A model generated the notes under the pieces. That model ran no database searches. It saw only the letters and a list, made by a program, of their open reading frames with translations, and was not told where the DNA came from. A stretch of 64,000 bases of DNA from a virus: IMG/VR virus record IMGVR_UViG_3300025030_000068, positions 25,929-89,928 of that record; one strand, 5' to 3'. A program made the translations under genes and the position numbers. Numbering within the stretch: the first letter of the stretch is position 1; each line of letters opens with the position of its first letter. Shown piece by piece: positions 57,563 through 64,000 of the stretch.

Positions 57563-58435
57563 TTAACCTGCGATGCCGGACTGTTTGACCAGAGCCATGA
57601 TGTCCGGTCGTTTGGTTGCGCCTTTAATCAGCCCGCGCATGAATGCCGCTGACTGAGCCTTATCGTGTCCGAGGCACTCGTTCATGTGGACGAGGGCGCC
57701 GGCCATGCCTTTTTTAAATTTGCCGTTGGCGTCACAGCAGCCGCAGCCGGTGTCGCCGTAGAGGACGTTGGTCATTCCCCGGTCAAGATTCTGCAACATG
57801 AGCGGACCGGCGCTGGTCGTGCTCATGGCTGCCGCGTCGGATTTGTGCATGTGATCGCCGCAGGTGTGTCCGGGGATGTGCAGAGGGTGGAGAGGTTGGC
57901 AGCGGCCACAGCAAAAACTTTTGGCGAAGATTTCGACGGTGCAGTCTGGGTTCACAGGCTTATGGGTGATGGCCAGATGCTTGACAATGGCCTTCTCGAT
58001 CTTGTTGCCGCTGCGCTTGATGACTGATCCTTCGACCGAATAGGACAGGGTGCGGCGCCCGCTCTTCTGGAGGGCAAGGCCGAGTTCCCACATTTCGTTC
58101 GCCAGCCGCAGCTGTTCGCTGGCCGGGTTCTGGATATCACTCTTGAGGAGTTCCCCTTCGACCCACAGTCCCTTCTCGCGCATCTCCGCGTGCGTCGGGT
58201 AGCCGATGATCACCGGCATGCGGGTTCCGGCGAGTTCCTGATACTGGTGGTCGTAGTTGAGGAAACCGCTTTTCAGCAGCGGTCCGAAGTCAAGACCGTT
58301 CTGGAGGATGATCTCGCCTTGCTGGTCAAGGTTCTCAGTGGAGGCGTAACCGCGCACGATCCGGCGTCCATCGGACTCGGACTTCACGAAATCAATCTCG
58401 GCTTGAAATAGAACCTGCGTCTCTTCCACTGTCAT
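57563..58435 (-). CDS. prohead protease
   Basis: GYAST...DQQGE, NYDH, YSVEG, AIT.KPVN. Confidence 0.9.
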   Translation of the reverse strand: MTVEETQVLFQAEIDFVKSESDGRRIVRGYASTENLDQQGEIILQNGLDFGPLLKSGFLNYDHQYQELAGTRMPVIIGYPTHAEMREKGLWVEGELLKSDIQNPASEQLRLANEMWELGLALQKSGRRTLSYSVEGSVIKRSGNKIEKAIVKHLAITHKPVNPDCTVEIFAKSFCCGRCQPLHPLHIPGHTCGDHMHKSDAAAMSTTSAGPLMLQNLDRGMTNVLYGDTGCGCCDANGKFKKGMAGALVHMNECLGHDKAQSAAFMRGLIKGATKRPDIMALVKQSGIAG

Positions 58436-58442
58436 CTCCTTG

Positions 58443-58489
58443 AAAACGCAAAAGGGCAAACTCCCGGCTGTGCGGGTGTTTGCCCTCTG
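58443..58489 (-). terminator. terminator/attenuator upstream of the protease gene
   Basis: Minus strand AGGGCAAACACCCG...CGGGAGTTTGCCCTTTTGCGTTTT. Confidence 0.6.
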
Positions 58490-58528
58490 ATCCCAACTGG
58501 CTTGCTTTCGCTGGCTGGCTGGGGAGTG

Positions 58529-58708
58529 CTACGTATTATCGATGGTGATCATGATCAGCTTCCCGGCCTTGGTCCGGCTGATCTCAAAAGTTCTGGCTCC
58601 AAAAAGGAACCGTGCCGGGAAGTCGGAATCTTTCAGCACCGGGACGTGCTCCCCGGTTCCCTGCTTTGACTTTCGGAGTAGGTAGATGCCGGGAAGAATC
58701 TTGCTCAT
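58529..58708 (-). CDS. 59-aa leader ORF with HemP-like motif
   Basis: Manual translation ends in FEISRTKAGKLIMITIDNT. Confidence 0.45.
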   Translation of the reverse strand: MSKILPGIYLLRKSKQGTGEHVPVLKDSDFPARFLFGARTFEISRTKAGKLIMITIDNT

Positions 58709-59012
58709 GGGGGCATTTTTGCAGTCCGTGTTCCCTATGTCAATTTTTTTGCTGCCATGGTATTTTTTCTCTGGATCGAAACCACCAGTTAACCGGGGTT
58801 TCTTTTCCTTTATGAAGGGATGATCCTTCCTCTTTCGGATGCGCCAGCGGGCGCTTGGAGGTTCTTATGTTGTCTGTTTGCGGGTACATCAAAGGTCGTC
58901 GCCATTTTTTCTTCTCTGTTACCGACGCCGCCGCAGCCGGTGCTATCGGGGTCTATGTCCTCGGCGCTCCTCTCGATCCTAATTCTGTTCTCTCCTCAGA
59001 ATGGGGGTGGAA

Positions 59013-59336
59013 ATGACCGGACTTATTCCCACTCCCGGCCCGTGGCACTTCGGCGTCGGCAACGGTTCCGGCTGCATCTTTGCCGACGCTGGCCGCGTGC
59101 GGTTGAAGGAAGGCGAAACGACTCTCTTCCCTATCGCCACCGTCGACTTTGATTTTGATGCGACGGCAGGTGCTGGCAACGGTCTCCGTATGGCCGCCGC
59201 CCCGGAACTCTTTGCTCTGGCCGAGCGCGTTTCCCGTCTCAATCGTGACGCGGGTGAGATCGGCGCTGGCATGCTGGCGCAACTGATCGTCGAGGCTCGT
59301 CTTGCTGTGGCCAAAGCCAATGGTGAGCTACCATGA
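59013..59336 (+). CDS. phage hypothetical protein
   Basis: TPGPW...N..MAAAPEL...AVAKA.GE motif. Confidence 0.7.
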   Translation: MTGLIPTPGPWHFGVGNGSGCIFADAGRVRLKEGETTLFPIATVDFDFDATAGAGNGLRMAAAPELFALAERVSRLNRDAGEIGAGMLAQLIVEARLAVAKANGELP

Positions 59337-59536
59337 CGGCTCCTCGCATCCAGTCCCTCTCCTGCTGCTGCTGCGGTAACTCGACCCTTGGCCGCCAGTG
59401 GTGGAATCGCGATACCGGCTTCGGCCTCTGCGACAACTGCATTACTTTCGTCGGGGACGCTGATGTCCCTGTTGGTGAAACCGCTCAAAGCTACGGCATC
59501 CGTGGCTTCCACTACGATGTCTCGAAAGGAGTTTGA
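59333..59536 (+). CDS. small Cys-rich phage protein
   Basis: CCCCG...GRQWWNRDTGFGLC..C...YGIRG.HY. Confidence 0.65.
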   Translation: MTAPRIQSLSCCCCGNSTLGRQWWNRDTGFGLCDNCITFVGDADVPVGETAQSYGIRGFHYDVSKGV

Positions 59537-59728
59537 TCATGTATTGTGCTCGACGTGTTCCCCATAGTAAAATGTCCATTGGCCATTACCTCATGGTCGC
59601 CATCCTGATCGTCTTGATCGCGATCATCCTCTGCCAGTTGCCGCATGCTATCGATGTGGAGCTGGATATGTCCGACGCCTCTGCCCAGCGCAATCAGGCG
59701 CAATCTTCGAATTGAAAGGAGACTTGCC

Positions 59729-59875
59729 ATGCACCGACCTGTTCCAAAGCGGATCATTCGCGATCCCGTCTTCCGCTGCCACCTCTGCATGTTTACGACC
59801 AGGTGGCGGCCAGAGTATGTTAGTCATATTGTAATGCATCAGCGAGTTGCGGCAGAATCGGCGAAGACGCCATAA
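59729..59875 (+). CDS. C2H2 zinc-finger microprotein
   Basis: FRCHLCMFTTRWRPEYVSHIVMH; AAGGAG RBS; its stop codon lies in the attC1 core. Confidence 0.6.
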   Translation: MHRPVPKRIIRDPVFRCHLCMFTTRWRPEYVSHIVMHQRVAAESAKTP

Positions 59876-59925
59876 CGCCCCTGAACTGTACGGCGCAAAG
59901 CGACCGGACGAGTGATTTGTTAGAC
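59870..59925 (+). repeat. attC-like site 1
   Basis: CCATAAC...internal hairpin CGGCGC-AAA-GCGACCG...GTTAGAC. Confidence 0.75.
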
Positions 59926-59943
59926 ATCAGAACGGAGACGAGA

Positions 59944-60318
59944 ATGAGCGGATTATTTTACCTGCAAGACAAGAGGTCATACGTCGGCAATGACATGCTC
60001 TTCTGGGCAGAGAGTGGCGGATATACCACAGACTTAAGGAAATCCGAGGTGATGACCAAAGAAGAAGCCTTCGCACAAAATCGGTGTAGATCAACCGACA
60101 TACCTTGGCCGAAGGAGTATATCGACGCGAGGGCAAGACCGGCTGTCGATATGCAGTATGTGAATATAAGGGAAGCGTTGCAGGACGTTGACGGCGAATT
60201 GTATGTTGAACCTAAGCCGCCACGGGAGATTTTTAAGTGCTACCACTGTGGGAAATTTATATCTGAGCGTGAGTCTTATTCTACATGCCCTCACTGTGAC
60301 GGCAGCAATCATCATTGA
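59944..60318 (+). CDS. cassette 1: conserved phage hypothetical protein with C-terminal zinc ribbon
   Basis: FYLQDKRSYVGND..FW...GYTTDL...DIPWPK.YID; CYHC/CPHC. Confidence 0.75.
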   Translation: MSGLFYLQDKRSYVGNDMLFWAESGGYTTDLRKSEVMTKEEAFAQNRCRSTDIPWPKEYIDARARPAVDMQYVNIREALQDVDGELYVEPKPPREIFKCYHCGKFISERESYSTCPHCDGSNHH

Positions 60319-60319
60319 T

Positions 60320-60373
60320 GTCTAACGATTTCAACTAAGCGGTGCGTAGCATCCGGTTCAGTGGGTGTTATGG
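60320..60373 (+). repeat. attC-like site 2
   Basis: GTCTAAC...CGGTGC-GTA-GCATCCG...GTTATGG. Confidence 0.8.
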
Positions 60374-60389
60374 CGCGGGAGGTAGAAGG

Positions 60390-60641
60390 ATGGAAACCGA
60401 AACATTGGAACGACTCAGAAATAATATTTTGACGGCAAAAATTGAGATGGAAGAAGAACTCGAAATGAGATGGCCGAAAGGGTCGAGGGTAAACGTACTG
60501 TTGAATTGTCGGCAGACCATACCGACCACAGGAGTAGTCGTCGGCCACGATGGTCGCGGGTTTGTCCGTGTTCGGATCGACAGTGCAAAAGAACGTAGTC
60601 GGCGTGGGTGTCGGGATGTTTATTTCACTGAGATGCGTTGA
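60390..60641 (+). CDS. cassette 2: hypothetical protein
   Basis: GGAGG RBS just after the attC2 core; stop 3 bp before the attC3 core. Confidence 0.65.
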   Translation: METETLERLRNNILTAKIEMEEELEMRWPKGSRVNVLLNCRQTIPTTGVVVGHDGRGFVRVRIDSAKERSRRGCRDVYFTEMR

Positions 60642-60644
60642 GCG

Positions 60645-60749
60645 CTATAACGGGCCATGATCAGCGGACCGCGACGACAGGCCGCAACCCGCTGAGATTT
60701 TCGAGAGTAGCAGAGAGTTATTCGGTCCGCCTGGATCTTTTGGTTGTGT
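60645..60749 (+). repeat. attC-like site 3
   Basis: CTATAAC...GATCAGCGGACC / GGTCCGCCTGGATC (pairs with bulged bases)...GTTGTGT. Confidence 0.8.
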
Positions 60750-60763
60750 GCCGGTTTTGTAGG

Positions 60764-61468
60764 ATGGATGAAATGATAGATCTTCTGAACGTCGACTGTA
60801 TGGAATATCTGAAAGGCTGCGCTAACAACGCTTTTGATTTGGCGATTGTTGACCCGCCTTATGGTCTAGGTGAGGACGGCGGAACCAATAGGTGCCACGG
60901 AGTAAAGCAGAAAAACGGGACAGTGCTCCGCTGTCTTGATGGTGGATACCAGAAAAAGGCATGGGACAAGGAGACGCCGGCCCCTGAATATTTCGCCGAG
61001 TTGAAACGAGTGGCGAAGCATCAAATTATATGGGGAGTAAATTACTACCCCGTGGCGCTGCCGGGTGGCCGGATCATCTGGGACAAGGTAAACGACGGGG
61101 CCGACCAGTGCGGAGCCGAGATAGCTTACAACAGCCTGAATGAGCGGGTGGACATCGTGCGCTATATGTGGCGCGGAATGATGCAAGGGGTTTCGGTTGC
61201 TCGAGGAACTGTGCAGCAGGGCAACAAGGCACTCAACGAAAAGCGGATACACCCGACGCAGAAGCCAGTGAAGTTGTATTCCTGGCTGCTGGAAACCTAC
61301 GCCGCAAAGGGGTGGCGGGTAGTTGACACCCACCTTGGGAGCGGAAGCGCTGCAGTGGCCGCGCATTATTTCGGTTGTGATTTTGTGGGCTGCGAAATCG
61401 ACCACGATTATTACGAGGCGGCGAAGAGACGCTTTGAAGAGGACACGCGGCAAATCGCCATGTTTTGA
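60764..61468 (+). CDS. cassette 3: N6/N4 DNA methyltransferase
   Basis: IVDPPYG, IIWDK, IHPTQKP, DTHLGSGS. Confidence 0.9.
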   Translation: MDEMIDLLNVDCMEYLKGCANNAFDLAIVDPPYGLGEDGGTNRCHGVKQKNGTVLRCLDGGYQKKAWDKETPAPEYFAELKRVAKHQIIWGVNYYPVALPGGRIIWDKVNDGADQCGAEIAYNSLNERVDIVRYMWRGMMQGVSVARGTVQQGNKALNEKRIHPTQKPVKLYSWLLETYAAKGWRVVDTHLGSGSAAVAAHYFGCDFVGCEIDHDYYEAAKRRFEEDTRQIAMF

Positions 61469-61471
61469 GGC

Positions 61472-61523
61472 GCACAACGCTATAGCATCACCGGCTCCGT
61501 CCGGTGCATAGCGTTGGTTGTGC
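61472..61523 (+). repeat. attC-like site 4
   Basis: GCACAAC-GCTAT..GCA.CACCGG...CCGGTGCATAGC..-GTTGTGC. Confidence 0.8.
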
Positions 61524-61560
61524 GAGCCCTAAATTATTTTAAAATAATGTCGTTTTCCTG

Positions 61561-61589
61561 TTGACACCGTACAATGTACGGGCTATAGT
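61561..61589 (+). promoter_or_regulatory. sigma70 promoter with a palindromic operator in the spacer
   Basis: TTGACA-17 bp-TATAGT; CCGTACA-A-TGTACGG at 61567-61581. Confidence 0.85.
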
Positions 61590-61633
61590 TAAATCACAAC
61601 AGAGGAAAACAAACCCCAAACAGGAGAAACGAC

Positions 61634-61933
61634 ATGAAATACAAAATCCAGAGTCGCAAACAGGAAAATTGGTTCAGCAACGAGTTGGTGACGGAAACTG
61701 TCAGGACTGTCACCGTGCAGGGCGTGACGATGAGCATCCCGGAATCGATCGCTAGCCAGCCGCTGCAAATTCAGTGGGCGCATCAGCACGGCGGGAACAT
61801 CAAACCGGCCGGAGTGACTAACGGATATTTGGTTCTCGCTGGCCAGGCGAGAGACATGACGGACATCGGTATAAACAAATATCAAGGGGATTTTTGCCAC
61901 ATTGATGGCGAATATCTCGTAATCGAGAAATGA
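61634..61933 (+). CDS. cassette 4 gene A: hypothetical protein
   Basis: AGGAG RBS; follows a consensus promoter. Confidence 0.7.
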   Translation: MKYKIQSRKQENWFSNELVTETVRTVTVQGVTMSIPESIASQPLQIQWAHQHGGNIKPAGVTNGYLVLAGQARDMTDIGINKYQGDFCHIDGEYLVIEK

Positions 61934-61934
61934 T

Positions 61935-62111
61935 ATGACGTTGGCGGAGTTCAAGGAGGCTCAGGGCAACCTGGGCCTCACCAACGAGGCAATGGCCGAC
62001 CTGCTGTGCTGCTCTCTACGGCTGGTCGAAAAAATACGACAGGGTGAGCGGGCAGTGTCCGCCCGCACATCACGGATGATTGAACGCGAGTTACAGCAGC
62101 GCGGCGAGTAG
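61935..62111 (+). CDS. cassette 4 gene B: XRE-type HTH protein (58 aa, not in the ORF track)
   Basis: MTLAEFKEAQGNLGLTNEAMADLLCCSLRLVEKIRQGER. Confidence 0.75.
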   Translation: MTLAEFKEAQGNLGLTNEAMADLLCCSLRLVEKIRQGERAVSARTSRMIERELQQRGE

Positions 62112-62245
62112 GCCGCCCAACTACTGATTATACAGACCGTTCGGCAGTCTAACAACTTGTCTTAATAAATGGCGGATACCTAAAACAATCGCACAGTTAA
62201 TTCTGCTTCCGGCGGATAACGGAATCACGAAAGGCCGCCAATTGC

Positions 62246-62290
62246 AAAAAAGGCCCCACACCGGCACAGGGCTGGTGTGGGGCCTTTTTT
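62246..62290. terminator. bidirectional terminator
   Basis: AAAAAAGGCCCCACACCGGC-ACAGG-GCTGGTGTGGGGCCTTTTTT. Confidence 0.85.
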
Positions 62291-62291
62291 G

Positions 62292-62624
62292 TCAGTCTTT
62301 TCTGCGCTCCAGTCGCTCCCTCCGCCGATCCTTCGGCGTCACCTTCCGCTGCCATTGCCGCTTGAAGAGGATGCGCTCGCAGGTCAGCAGCCGCGTGCCG
62401 CTTTCGTCCAGTACCAGCCGCCATCCGTCCGCGACGAAGTATTGCGCTGGCTGGAAGCTGTTGCTGATCAGTCGCAGCGCAGAGGCAGCCAACTCCTCCG
62501 GGACGGCCTTCTCCAGCAGTTCCCGCAGCGCCGTGCTCCAACACTCCGGCTTCTCTGCGTGCGGCCACCGTGTCGCGAAACGTTCGCTGGCGTGGCAGGT
62601 GATGAAGAGACCGTTGGGGTTCAT
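62292..62624 (-). CDS. hypothetical protein
   Basis: IT.HA.ERF motif; coupled to the upstream gene. Confidence 0.55.
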   Translation of the reverse strand: MNPNGLFITCHASERFATRWPHAEKPECWSTALRELLEKAVPEELAASALRLISNSFQPAQYFVADGWRLVLDESGTRLLTCERILFKRQWQRKVTPKDRRRERLERRKD

Positions 62625-63532
62625 TATGCTGCGTCTTCCTCATACCAGAAGAGGTTATAGCCAAAAGTGACGGCGATGTCGTCGGCGTTGCTGAACGCGA
62701 CCAAATACGAAACCCCTTGCGCCAGCACCTTCTCTTCTGGCTCTCCGGATTCCGAGCTGACTTTGACCTGTCCTGTTGATGCTCCGGGGAGAGTCAGCGT
62801 GCCCAGAGTGACAGGAATGTCACCGGCCTCGGCTGCAACGTCGAGGTATGCTGTCACCGCTAGCGTCGACTGTTGCACGGGCCGGGCGCGATGATGGTTG
62901 ATCGGAGTCAGATCGGCGGCAATAGCGGCAGCCGTGGCATCCATCGCGTAGTCTTCCAGTATCGACACCGAGCATGGCCCTGATGTTGCCGTTATGGAAG
63001 CCGCCTGGAAATGGACGTAGGCTTTGGCGTTCCCTCCGGCCAATGCTGTTTCGGCTACGGCATTCACGACGCCACTGCCGTCTCCTTCGGCGGCGCACGT
63101 CACCAGTTCGGCGGCGTCAGCATTGGCAGCGATCGCGGCGGCGACCTGTGCTGCGGTGGAGGTGATCGCAGCGCCAGCGTTGACGGCAAGGTTGACAACG
63201 ATATCTGTCCCGGTCACCACCACTGACAACGGTGCCTCCGCGCCGGGATTGATGTGGGCGACGGTCGTCAGGTTCCCACGGAGCCCGATGGCCGTGGCGG
63301 TGTAGGTCAGGTCGGCAAGAGCATTGGTCATGTCAATGGCGAGGCTGGCGGCGCGGTCGTCGGGCACGTCGATCTGGATGGCACCGACATTGCCGGCGGC
63401 GACAGTGATCGATCCACTGAGAGAGTAGGCTTTCTTGTCGTGGACCTTTTGGTGGTTGGAGTTGATGCCTACCAGTGCTCCGGTGACTCTCTCGATGGGG
63501 TTGTCGCTGCGGTTCCGGCTGATACCTTTCAT
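62624..63532 (-). CDS. putative virion structural protein
   Basis: Ala/Thr-rich beta protein; ITSTAAQV.AAI...GDGSGVV...LAGG sheath-like subdomain. Confidence 0.5.
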   Translation of the reverse strand: MKGISRNRSDNPIERVTGALVGINSNHQKVHDKKAYSLSGSITVAAGNVGAIQIDVPDDRAASLAIDMTNALADLTYTATAIGLRGNLTTVAHINPGAEAPLSVVVTGTDIVVNLAVNAGAAITSTAAQVAAAIAANADAAELVTCAAEGDGSGVVNAVAETALAGGNAKAYVHFQAASITATSGPCSVSILEDYAMDATAAAIAADLTPINHHRARPVQQSTLAVTAYLDVAAEAGDIPVTLGTLTLPGASTGQVKVSSESGEPEEKVLAQGVSYLVAFSNADDIAVTFGYNLFWYEEDAA

Positions 63533-63558
63533 TATTGTGCTCCTTTATGGTTGGGTGC

Positions 63559-63990
63559 CTATTTGCGTTTCTTCAGCAGGTGGACGCCGGGGACGGCCTT
63601 CTCGACGTACTTTTCGAGGAGCGAGTAGTACCGTTCGTTTTCCTTGAGGTGGACTAGTACGATCTTCGCTGTTAGCACCGGATCGCCGCCGGTCACGTCC
63701 TTGTGCTCCATCTCGATCTTGTAGCCGCGACGGAACTCCGCCATGTCGATCTGCGCCGGGTCGCCGCCGGCTTCCCGGATGAATGGCTTAAAGTCGTTGT
63801 CGACGACGAGCTTGTCGAAGAGCGCCATCATCGGCTGCGCCATCTCCTGCATGACCTCGCCCATTTCCGGCGAGTGGCGTCTTGCAGCGTTCTTCAGCTC
63901 TTGACTGTTGGAATATCGGTAGGAGGCGACAGTTTCAGACTTCCGCAGAGCCGCCATGACTCGCTCCGCCAGCCGATCGATCGCCTTCAC
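63559..63990 (-). CDS. DUF5661-like protein (start may lie at or beyond the window edge)
   Basis: G.KIEMEH...AKI...HL.E...YY..L; LRKS motif near the N-terminus. Confidence 0.65.
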   Translation of the reverse strand: MKAIDRLAERVMAALRKSETVASYRYSNSQELKNAARRHSPEMGEVMQEMAQPMMALFDKLVVDNDFKPFIREAGGDPAQIDMAEFRRGYKIEMEHKDVTGGDPVLTAKIVLVHLKENERYYSLLEKYVEKAVPGVHLLKKRK

Positions 63991-64000
63991 TATCGGCTTT

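Larger units (their letters stand above)
59870..62153 (+). mobile_element. integron-type gene cassette array without an integrase in the window (CALIN-like)
   Basis: Four attC-like sites separating gene units; cassette ends are mutually complementary. Confidence 0.8.

Noticed and set aside
39814-57652. Long plus-strand ORFs (e.g. 39814-41007, 42400-43728, 50731-51831, 55627-56850)
   Set aside because: Antisense shadows of GC-rich structural genes with no recognisable motifs.
6510-59568. 14-mer as a sigma32 -10 box or phage late promoter
   Set aside because: No consistent CTTGAA -35, and orientation relative to the adjacent gene is mixed; an operator fits better.
60638-60763. N-terminal extension of the methyltransferase in the ORF track
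   Set aside because: It reads through attC3; the MTase domain begins at about 60764-60773.
59870-62153. CRISPR array or simple terminators
   Set aside because: The sites are not identical repeats, are separated by whole genes, lack T-tails, and have AAC/GTT cores.

Overview
About 64 kb of a temperate, contractile-tailed (myovirus) dsDNA phage, GC-rich overall. It appears to be in excised or virion form, because an intact attP (tRNA 3' end flanked by arm-type repeats) has phage genes on both sides. From left to right: a minus-strand accessory block (ParB-DNA methyltransferase, HNH, thyX, SLT, xis/cro-like); integrase, attP and a tandem-HTH repressor; a plus-strand replication/recombination block (SSB, initiator, DnaB, VRR-NUC, radical SAM, exonuclease, SbcCD); and a long minus-strand virion operon resembling SPO1/Twort-type myoviruses (protease, scaffold, major capsid, neck, sheath, tube, chaperones, tape measure, baseplate, fibres, lysis). 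Terminase and portal are not in the window. A Gram-negative deltaproteobacterium-like host is a weak inference from ThyX/SSB appearance and sigma54-like sites. Main unexplained structure: (1) an integron-type attC cassette array at 59.87-62.15 kb with no IntI in the window, whose junctions record site-specific insertion; (2) tail-fibre-type genes with Sec signal peptides flanking a GH94-like glycoside enzyme; (3) two paralogous C4-like antisense RNA/antirepressor cassettes with compensatory base changes; (4) about 16 copies of an asymmetric operator-like 14-mer and 4 copies of a second motif. All family assignments are by eye; no searches were run.
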